IMG/VR virus record: IMGVR_UViG_2585427742_000014
Origin: a virus
Lineage: Duplodnaviria; Heunggongvirae; Uroviricota; Caudoviricetes
Length of the DNA stretch: 11,352 nucleotides
Direction: 5' to 3' (one strand)
How positions within the stretch are numbered: position 1 is the first letter of the stretch; every line of letters starts with the position of its first letter. Below the pieces are notes generated by a model that saw nothing but the letters and a program-made list of their open reading frames with translations, was not told the origin of the DNA and ran no database searches. The position numbers and the translations under genes were made by a program. Shown in pieces: positions 5,198-11,352 of the stretch.

Positions 5198-6952
5198 TTA
5201 TAAAAACGCGTCGCACTCGTCTGTTGTTATTGCGTTAGTCTGCGTTACTCCCTTAACTTTCCGCGTAATATATTCATGTCCGTAAACTTTCGCGGCTGGC
5301 TTCATAGCCTTGCCAAAGTCATTTACGTTTAGCGGTTTGCTCCTGCCTGCGTACGCCATAAACGCCAGATAGACGCGGTAAAGGCTGTTTCTGGTCGTGT
5401 ACTTCACTGAATCGCCACCGCCGCCCATCATCAGGCCGCGTGCTTCCTCCAGAAAATTCAGGAACTGGCAAAACTCAATAACCGGATCCGTCTGTTGCTT
5501 TATTGCCAGTGCTTCATCACCGTCACGCTGTTCCAGTAGTAAAGCCCGTGCTTTCTCAGAGTCGGTAAAGTTCGCCAGCAATCGGCGGATAATGACAGGG
5601 ATTTCAGCCGCAATCTTTTCCGGTAGCTCCCTGTCTTTTTCGGCCTCACTGACGATATTGTCGAAACGGAAAATCACGCGACGACGTGCCACACCTCCGG
5701 CCCGTTCGGTGAATATCATCGGGTTGTTGTTGGTCGCCAGCACCACCGCCCTGATTACCGCCGTAAAACGCTTTTCATATTTCGGGTTAATTTCCACGGG
5801 GTCACCGCCCGTGATTTTCTTGATGCCCGTTCCTTCGCCTGTATATTTCGGCTGGTCAGCCAGGACGATAAGACGACTCCCGACAACCTGCGCACGTCCA
5901 CCAGCATCATCAAGCGATGTCATTTCAGCGCTTACCGTGTTCTGTTTCCCTGCCAGAAGGCTGGCTATGTGCGTGAATGTACTTTTACCGCTCCCGCCGT
6001 CTCCGGTGGCCTCAATAAACATCTGCCAGTCGTACCGGTTCGCCATAATCATGTACAGCGCGGCACATATACGCATCATCTTGCGCGGGTCTTTTCCGGC
6101 TGCGTGCTTAAGCCATTTATGAAAGTTTGGCGCGTTATCGCGGATGTTCTCCCCTGGTGCTGGTGGCGTGTACTCAATGCCGTTGTTCGTGGTGATCCAG
6201 TTCTCCGGCGTGTGCGGGGAAAATTCCCCCGTTTTCAGGTCAAGCGCACCATTGGCGAACGGCAGCAAATCGCCGGACGGCTCGCCCATTGGTTCGGCAA
6301 TAACTTTTAACGCTTCCACGGCGTTATTGATTACGCGCTTGCTGAAAGTGGCCCTGTGCTCTGAATAGATCGCCACCATTTCGCGGCTAAGTTCCATTGT
6401 GCTGACCGGACACCATACCCCGCCGCGCCATACGTGAACGATTTCACTTTCAGGATGTACGCAAACGCCATCAAAGCGATCGGCAAGCAGCTGCGCGCGC
6501 TCACTGTCCGCCATCTGCGAAAGTTGCGCCTTTTGCTTTACCGGAAGCTCAATGACCAGACCATCAGAAAGATTCTGGCGCTCACGGGCCAGATATTCGC
6601 GCCAGTTCTCCACCTTCTGACCGTGCATACCATCAGGGTAAAAATTTGCGTCCTGAATATCTGCCGCCGCCAGCTTCTGACCAATCTTTTTGGTCTCCAC
6701 TAAATCCAGTTCTCCGGCCTGGTACAGCCTTACGCGCTTTTTCCCATCCGGAACAATTTTCAGCGCATCAAGTTCGGCAAGCTGATTTGGCCCAAGCCAC
6801 ACAGGCGGCACATTATCGCCGGATGCGGGGCCGTCCTGCTCCTGCCACTGTTTTGCATGTGACCACGCATCACTACCCGCGAAAATAATTACCTCTGTGT
6901 CTTTGTGTTTTATTCCGCGTGGTTGTTTTTTTACGTTCGGTGCCAGTTTCAT
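5198..6952 (-). CDS. Primase-helicase (D5_N-like region plus SF3-type P-loop NTPase; phage/plasmid primase, P4 family C-terminal type)
   Basis: 584 aa; Walker A GDGGSGKST, preceded by a D5_N-like segment (FANGALDLKTGEFSPHTPENWITTN). Followed by the iteron origin. Confidence 0.85.
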   Translation of the reverse strand: MKLAPNVKKQPRGIKHKDTEVIIFAGSDAWSHAKQWQEQDGPASGDNVPPVWLGPNQLAELDALKIVPDGKKRVRLYQAGELDLVETKKIGQKLAAADIQDANFYPDGMHGQKVENWREYLARERQNLSDGLVIELPVKQKAQLSQMADSERAQLLADRFDGVCVHPESEIVHVWRGGVWCPVSTMELSREMVAIYSEHRATFSKRVINNAVEALKVIAEPMGEPSGDLLPFANGALDLKTGEFSPHTPENWITTNNGIEYTPPAPGENIRDNAPNFHKWLKHAAGKDPRKMMRICAALYMIMANRYDWQMFIEATGDGGSGKSTFTHIASLLAGKQNTVSAEMTSLDDAGGRAQVVGSRLIVLADQPKYTGEGTGIKKITGGDPVEINPKYEKRFTAVIRAVVLATNNNPMIFTERAGGVARRRVIFRFDNIVSEAEKDRELPEKIAAEIPVIIRRLLANFTDSEKARALLLEQRDGDEALAIKQQTDPVIEFCQFLNFLEEARGLMMGGGGDSVKYTTRNSLYRVYLAFMAYAGRSKPLNVNDFGKAMKPAAKVYGHEYITRKVKGVTQTNAITTDECDAFL

Positions 6953-7248
6953 TTCTTACCCCTGAATACGTTAAGCATCTTTTTTATTTCCTGAATATTG
7001 GCGCGTGCTTTCTCCCTGCTGGTGGGCACGTTACGCGGTACGGCCTGCACCAGAGAAAAATCACGATCGAACTGATAAACAGGCATCACGCAATCATATT
7101 CGTAGCCTTCACGACGGTAGGTTACGCGCCGTTCCTCCACGCCCTTAATCATTACCGTGCCGCCGTACTGGTCGCGGTAAATATCACCGCGCATGAATTT
7201 AGTGCGAGTTTTGCCACTGGCAGTTAAGCCAGAATATTTAAGTTTCAT
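6949..7248 (-). CDS. Hypothetical protein (99 aa), translationally coupled to the primase gene
   Basis: ATGA overlap with the primase start; GGAG upstream. No family recognised. Confidence 0.55.
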   Translation of the reverse strand: MKLKYSGLTASGKTRTKFMRGDIYRDQYGGTVMIKGVEERRVTYRREGYEYDCVMPVYQFDRDFSLVQAVPRNVPTSREKARANIQEIKKMLNVFRGKK

Positions 7249-7253
7249 TATTT

Positions 7254-7484
7254 TTATTCTCCGGTGTGGGGCGCTTTATTATTCTCGTGAATTGCCATAG
7301 CCTTATTGAGTTCATCAATAACAGGTGTCAATAATGTCTGAACAGCGGCAAACATTAATGATGAATGATCTTCGCCACCTTCCGGCACTTCAATTAATTT
7401 AATTAACAACGCATTCATTTCGCGTGCTTTAATTAATGCGTTTTCAGAGTGGATTAATACTTCAAAAGGGATTTTATGCATCAC
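7254..7484 (-). CDS. Hypothetical small protein (76 aa) in the AT-rich cassette
   Basis: ORF track; visibly AT-rich coding region; overlaps the upstream gene by 11 nt. Confidence 0.5.
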   Translation of the reverse strand: MMHKIPFEVLIHSENALIKAREMNALLIKLIEVPEGGEDHSSLMFAAVQTLLTPVIDELNKAMAIHENNKAPHTGE

Positions 7485-7704
7485 AAATTTTCTCCCTTAT
7501 TCTTTTAATGTCCTCATTAAGGATGTCTGTAACTTTTATCAGCGAGTTTTTGGCAATTATTTTTATTGTTTTAAGTTTTCTTTTGTCGTGCTCCGACTGT
7601 GATTTTCTCTCCATAATCTCCACCATGTGGGTAACATCAACGAGCGCACGTATCAGTATTTGCATTGCTTCTTCTGCTGCGTCCGGTGTGGTTTTATTGC
7701 ACAT
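7474..7704 (-). CDS. Hypothetical small protein (76 aa from the ATG at 7704; the ORF extends to 7758) in the AT-rich cassette
   Basis: Internal ATG at 7704 is preceded by GGAGGGG with a 5-nt spacer; the longer ORF start at 7758 would overlap the upstream gene by 65 nt. Confidence 0.5.
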   Translation of the reverse strand: MCNKTTPDAAEEAMQILIRALVDVTHMVEIMERKSQSEHDKRKLKTIKIIAKNSLIKVTDILNEDIKRIREKICDA

Positions 7705-7924
7705 GTACCCCTCCGCATTTTTTTTCGTTAGAAATAAGCGTTCTTCTTTCCTGTTCATCGCTCAGGAATACGCAGACCTCACCGCTAAGGCGTTTAAGTA
7801 AGCCGATGATTGCCCCTGATTCGCTGTCGGTCATCATGCCAGGGTAATCCTCTGCCAGTGCGCAAATAACTTCGATTTGGTGGGCGCGTTCTGCTGCCTG
7901 TTGTAGTGTGATTTCCTGACTCAT
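7694..7924 (-). CDS. Hypothetical small protein (76 aa)
   Basis: ORF track; ATGA overlap with the stop of the upstream 7921..8382 gene. Confidence 0.5.
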   Translation of the reverse strand: MSQEITLQQAAERAHQIEVICALAEDYPGMMTDSESGAIIGLLKRLSGEVCVFLSDEQERRTLISNEKKCGGVHVQ

Positions 7925-8382
7925 AAGCCTACCCCCTGACGAATACGGGCGACAAAAATCAGATGTGCGTGCGGCAGCTGTGCACGTGCTTCGCGCTCAG
8001 TGGCAGCGGTAACGGTGAATATTGCAATGCTGTCTGTCAGGCACTGCATAAAGCGCCAGACAAAATAAGGGCGTGCGGATACAGCCATGTGAAAGGCTCC
8101 CAGATGAATTTTAAGGAGTCTCGCTACTACGCTGTCAAACATGGTGGCGAGACGTAACAGGGTTGACAGACTGGTCATCTGGAAACCAGCGAGCACAAAG
8201 GCTCCCCCGTTACGCCCCGCCATAATGCGGGTATGGGTAGGTTTACGGACACAAAAAAACCGCTTATCGGATGTGGGCGGCTGTCCGCCAGATGTATTCA
8301 GGCTGTCAAACCCGGTCGCCATGTGGGCGACGGGGGAAGCATACAGCCCCGTGATAATTTTTTGCAAGCGGTTTTTACGCAT
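7921..8382 (-). CDS. Small protein, paralog 1, with a C-terminal motif shared with 8375..8578 (Icd-like/Ash-like small-protein type; start uncertain, alternative ATG at 8088)
   Basis: C-terminus YFVWRF...TAATEREARAQLPHAHLIFVARIRQG parallels the downstream paralog. The ATG at 8382 overlaps the upstream stop (ATGCGTAA) with AGGGG 7 nt upstream; the alternative ATG at 8088 has GGAG 8 nt upstream. Confidence 0.45.
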   Translation of the reverse strand: MRKNRLQKIITGLYASPVAHMATGFDSLNTSGGQPPTSDKRFFCVRKPTHTRIMAGRNGGAFVLAGFQMTSLSTLLRLATMFDSVVARLLKIHLGAFHMAVSARPYFVWRFMQCLTDSIAIFTVTAATEREARAQLPHAHLIFVARIRQGVGL

Positions 8383-8578
8383 GATATGACCCCTGGCGAA
8401 TACGGGCAGCGAATACCATCACGCAGCCAGCCGGAGATTGCTGACGCGCTTCCTGTTCGCTGGTGGCCTCGATGGTAATCACGCGCGGTTGTGCCGTGCT
8501 CAGGGCGATAAAACGCCAGATGTATTTATTCAGGTTGTACGAGTCCCGCCCTTGCGGGTGTCTGGTATAATTTCTCAT
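8375..8578 (-). CDS. Small protein, paralog 2 (67 aa), Icd-like/Ash-like type
   Basis: MRNYTRHPQGRDSYNLNKYIWRF...EATSEQEARQQSPAGCVMVFAARIRQG; GAGG 5 nt upstream of the ATG at 8578. This is the 3' end of the otherwise implausible 382-aa ORF. Family assignment is from memory and unverified. Confidence 0.5.
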   Translation of the reverse strand: MRNYTRHPQGRDSYNLNKYIWRFIALSTAQPRVITIEATSEQEARQQSPAGCVMVFAARIRQGSYHA

Positions 8579-8650
8579 AGCTACCTCGATACTTTCGCTA
8601 TCGTTGGTGGTTAGAAGCCCTGCATGTGTTCCAGCACTGCGGGGCTTTGC

Positions 8651-8755
8651 TGTACATACACCACAATCATTGGTGTGTGTACAGATTAAATTTAAGTGCG
8701 CTACAGTGTCAAGTGTTTTATTTACACACCTTTTGGTGTAATGTATGCACACCTC
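8651..8755. promoter_or_regulatory. Divergent promoter/operator region with inverted repeats built on CACACC / GGTGTG
   Basis: GTACATACACCA (8652-8663) and TGGTGTGTGTAC (8671-8682) form a 12-bp inverted repeat with one mismatch and a 7-bp spacer; further ACACACC / GGTGT / CACACC copies at 8724-8753. Lies between divergent genes starting at 8578 (minus) and 8775 (plus). Confidence 0.45.
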
Positions 8756-8774
8756 AAAATAACCGGACATTCTG

Positions 8775-9080
8775 ATGGCAACAGGAAATATCAACAGCAG
8801 ATCGCAAATGAAAAATATCCGCTTCCCCCATGATGTAATCGAGGAAATGGAAAATTCGAAAACGGAAGGGGAAACAATAGCCGCTTTCGTGATTACAGCC
8901 GTTCGCGGTGAGATCGCCCGCCGCCAGGCAGAAGGAAGCGGAGAAAATCCCCTGGTTTCTTCGCTCGATGCACTGGCGCAGGTGGAAAAAATCGGAGTCA
9001 AAGCAGCCGAGGAGATCGGGCAACTCATCACCGTCGCGCGTGAAGAACTCCAGCGTCGCAAGGCCAAAGAGCAGGAGTGA
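8775..9080 (+). CDS. Ribbon-helix-helix-like DNA-binding protein (101 aa; start uncertain)
   Basis: KNIRFPHDVIEEMENSKTEGETIAAFVITAVRGEIARR fits a beta-strand/helix/helix RHH pattern; non-repetitive charged composition. Weak SD at 8775. Confidence 0.55.
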   Translation: MATGNINSRSQMKNIRFPHDVIEEMENSKTEGETIAAFVITAVRGEIARRQAEGSGENPLVSSLDALAQVEKIGVKAAEEIGQLITVAREELQRRKAKEQE

Positions 9081-9137
9081 CCATCACCAGCGCCGTGGTG
9101 TAAGGTATTACGGCGCATTGCTATGCAGGACAACACA

Positions 9138-9311
9138 ATGACCGATAAAGAATTGACCAAAACATTATCACCGGCACGGAAAAGACGGCGCAGAAAGATA
9201 GAGCATGAATCAGAAAGATTCGCGCCATGTGCTTTTGCCCTTGAGCAATTCCTTAAAGAGTACAGGGAAAAGCGCTCATTGCAGGTATGGCAACGAACTG
9301 AACCAGACTGA
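9138..9311 (+). CDS. Small basic protein (57 aa from the ATG at 9138; the ORF starts at 9123)
   Basis: AGGA 7 nt upstream of the ATG at 9138; contains ARKRRRRK; followed by a strong terminator. Confidence 0.4.
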   Translation: MTDKELTKTLSPARKRRRRKIEHESERFAPCAFALEQFLKEYREKRSLQVWQRTEPD

Positions 9312-9406
9312 TTGCATTGCCCACCAGCCTGATAACGGCTATCATCCCCGTGCTTATGTTTGGGATCACACACACAAACGGCGCAGCGGGTTATCTGTTC
9401 AGAAAG

Positions 9407-9434
9407 GCGGCTCCATTTCGGGGCCGCTTTTTTT
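9407..9434 (+). terminator. Rho-independent terminator of the plus-strand RHH operon
   Basis: 8-bp stem GCGGCTCC / GGGGCCGC (one G-U pair), loop ATTTC, followed by T7 at 9428-9434. Confidence 0.7.
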
Positions 9435-9580
9435 ATACCTGAAAAACCCCAATTTTGTTGTTTTTCAGTTTCACCAGGGCGAACGAATCCCCGCCCACGT
9501 TCTGGCGTATATTCAATCTTCATGGTTATAGCTCTGTGTTCAGATGATTGATGTGTGGCGGCTGCGTGCCGCCAGCGTGA

Positions 9581-9850
9581 TTAATGAACTGCCTTGCAGC
9601 TATCCTTCCAGGCCAGAACCTCGGATAAAGACCAGCCAACGGAACGACCGCCAAGTTTACGACGTGATGGGAATTGTCCGGCCTTTTCCAGGCGGTAGCG
9701 ACACGTACGGCTAAGGCCGGTTAGTTTTTCGCATTCTTTTTCACGTATAAACCGATCAGTGCTTAACACTATTGCCCCCCTTTCGTTTCTTAAAGAGTCA
9801 TCAGGTGTCTTATTGTGTCGTATTGTTCCCGCTAGAGTGATGAATGGCAA
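9581..9850 (-). CDS. alpA: AlpA-family phage transcriptional regulator (MerR-like HTH)
   Basis: 89 aa; EKLTGLSRTCRYRLEKAGQFPSRRKLGGRSVGWSLSEVLAW matches the AlpA / CP4-57 regulatory protein signature as recalled; adjacent to the integrase. Confidence 0.85.
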   Translation of the reverse strand: MPFITLAGTIRHNKTPDDSLRNERGAIVLSTDRFIREKECEKLTGLSRTCRYRLEKAGQFPSRRKLGGRSVGWSLSEVLAWKDSCKAVH

Positions 9851-9920
9851 ATACTGAGGATATATGATTTACAGAAAATGAAACAGTAAGAATAAAATCT
9901 TTTAAATTCATGTTAATACA

Positions 9921-9951
9921 AAGGCATAAAATATTGTTCCATGCCTTTTTT
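9921..9951. terminator. Terminator-like hairpin (AAGGCAT / ATGCCTT stem, 13-nt loop, T-tract on the plus side) between int and alpA
   Basis: Seen directly. The T-tract is on the plus strand although the flanking genes are on the minus strand, so it may be a weak or bidirectional terminator for int, or a regulatory hairpin. Confidence 0.35.
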
Positions 9952-10040
9952 CTCGCTCTTTAAAGAGTGATTCGCTAGTGTACAAAAAACCAGTAACACA
10001 TTAAAAATCAGCTACTTATAAATCCGTACGCTTTTTCGCC

Positions 10041-10117
10041 TCTTGTTCGTAGTTGTTCCACATTGTTGCTCATTGTTGCACGTTGTATCTGTTCGCATAT
10101 CCAGTATGCGCATACTG
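10041..10117. promoter_or_regulatory. 10-bp phased TTGTT(G/C) repeats (10044-10097) followed by a perfect 16-bp palindrome CAGTATGCGCATACTG (10102-10117) at the int 3' flank
   Basis: CATTGTTGC repeated exactly at 10062 and 10072, with related copies at a 10-bp period; the palindrome was read directly. Confidence 0.45.
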
Positions 10118-10134
10118 AAAAAACACGAAAAAAA

Positions 10135-11352
10135 TTATTTTCTTCTGGCTACGGGTAGCGTGGTTACGTTTTCATGTGTTCCCGCCAGTATCCCTAACCG
10201 CTCCGTCCACATATCCAGCGCATTGCGTTTCGCATCCAGATAACGGGAATGATTATAAACTCGCTGCATTCCTGGCATCTGGTGGCCTGTAAGCTGCTCC
10301 ACGACATGCGGATCAACGCCTAAATCGTTCAGCATGGTTGTAAAGGTGCGCCGGATGTCATGCAGTGACCAGTGAGGGTGATTAAGCCTCCTGTGCGCTA
10401 ATCTTCCATACTGCGATACGCTGGCCTCCTGTTTCACTTCCCCCAGCAATAAGCCCGTGTGCCTGTTCTGCTCCACCAGCTGCGTGACGAACGGCAGGAT
10501 CGCTTCCGGTATGGGCCGGAATATTGCGACCTTCGTTTTGCTGTGCTCCTTCGGAACGGTCCATAGCATTTCCGTAAAATCCCACTCCCCGATCTCCGAT
10601 AACCTCAGTTCTACCGTTCTGGCTCCGAAGACAATCAGGAGGCGGATTAACGCGACGTAGTAAGGGGAGAATATTTTTTTGTCCAGTGCCTGCAATAATT
10701 CGCCAAGTTCTTTGTTACTTAAGACACGTTCGCTTATATCCGGTTTTTTCCCAACGTCCGCCACGTTCAGATCGTCCAGAACGTTGCTGATTGCATAGCG
10801 CCGCCTACGGCAGAACTTAAGCGCCTGTTTGCACGCCTGTAGCACGAATCCGGCAGTAACAGGCGTTCGCTTTGCCACCTGGTCAAAACAGGCCAGCCAG
10901 TGCCGTAGCTCGCATTTATCCAGCGGCATAGCACCAATCTGCTGTATTACGTGATTATTAAGTCGCCTTTTCAGGGCGATATAATCCACGCGGTTTTCCT
11001 TTACGTAATACTCAAGCCAGTAGGTGAGCGCATCGCCAACCGTTACGGGCTTTAACGCTTCCTGTACGGTGTAATTCATCTCATGACGTGGATTTTTCCC
11101 CTCAGCCAGCCATGTGCGACACTGTGCGGCTTTTTCCCTGGCTGCTTTCAGGCTCAGATCAGGATAACTTCCCAGCTTAATGCGTTCGGGTCGTGTCTCC
11201 CTTCCCGTTCCGGCCCTGTATGTGAAATACCAGGTCAATTTCCCTGATGTTAAATATTTCACGCTCAGGTTTCCGCCATCACTATAAAACGTGTTTTTCT
11301 CCGCTGGCTTACCATGAAGTTTCCTTAGCAAGGTATCGCTCAGTTTGTTCAT
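10135..11352 (-). CDS. int: Tyrosine site-specific integrase, P4 / CP4-57 type
   Basis: 405 aa; N-terminal arm-binding-like region (LSDTLLRKLHGKPAEKNTFYSDGGNLSVKY), catalytic-region motifs HDIRRT and RVYNHS. The start codon sits at the window edge. Confidence 0.9.
   Translation of the reverse strand: MNKLSDTLLRKLHGKPAEKNTFYSDGGNLSVKYLTSGKLTWYFTYRAGTGRETRPERIKLGSYPDLSLKAAREKAAQCRTWLAEGKNPRHEMNYTVQEALKPVTVGDALTYWLEYYVKENRVDYIALKRRLNNHVIQQIGAMPLDKCELRHWLACFDQVAKRTPVTAGFVLQACKQALKFCRRRRYAISNVLDDLNVADVGKKPDISERVLSNKELGELLQALDKKIFSPYYVALIRLLIVFGARTVELRLSEIGEWDFTEMLWTVPKEHSKTKVAIFRPIPEAILPFVTQLVEQNRHTGLLLGEVKQEASVSQYGRLAHRRLNHPHWSLHDIRRTFTTMLNDLGVDPHVVEQLTGHQMPGMQRVYNHSRYLDAKRNALDMWTERLGILAGTHENVTTLPVARRK

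Noticed and set aside
5397-6888. Plus-strand ORFs inside the primase gene (5397..6122, 5969..6310, 6144..6368, 6434..6703, 6646..6888)
   Set aside because: Antisense to a strongly supported 584-aa primase-helicase; Ser/Arg/Pro-rich translations typical of non-coding frames.
8375-9523. 382-aa minus-strand ORF as a single large CDS
   Set aside because: Cys/Ser/Arg-rich, low-complexity translation; it runs antisense through the credible plus-strand RHH operon, its terminator and the divergent promoter region. Only the last 67 codons (8375..8578, with a good RBS) look genuine.
9530-9580. Hairpin GGCGGC-tgcgt-GCCGCC downstream of alpA as its terminator
   Set aside because: No U-tract follows on either strand, so it was not called a terminator; it may still be a structural or Rho-related element.
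10043-10243. 66-aa plus-strand ORF at the int 3' end
   Set aside because: Overlaps the integrase coding region antisense and the phased-repeat region; no RBS.
1-11352. tRNA, tmRNA or rRNA gene, or IS element with terminal inverted repeats and a transposase
   Set aside because: I found no cloverleaf-compatible segment or transposase-like ORF. The P4-type integrase target, possibly a tRNA, would lie beyond the right edge of the window if present.

Overview
The window looks like one integrated ~11 kb enterobacterial phage satellite (PICI / P4-like family), with nearly all genes on the minus strand. From right to left it carries a P4-type tyrosine integrase (5' end at the window edge), an AlpA-family regulator, a small divergent plus-strand operon (RHH-like protein and a small basic protein), two tandem paralogous small genes, an AT-rich cassette of three small genes, a D5_N/SF3 primase-helicase followed by an iteron-type origin, an SSB-like protein, a lambda-like head module (major capsid gpE-like and decoration gpD-like), and a packaging module. 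The packaging module is the most unusual part: two lambda-type cos sites (cosN GGGCGGCGACCT) in inverted orientation bracket a gene for a Nu1-like small-terminase DNA-binding protein, and a third degenerate cos-like remnant sits between the replication and capsid modules. The left edge holds a 48-codon ORF resembling the N-terminus of a TqsA-like membrane protein, probably the integration junction. All calls rest on reading the sequence and the ORF track plus recalled family knowledge; no database search was run, and gene starts and family names are provisional.
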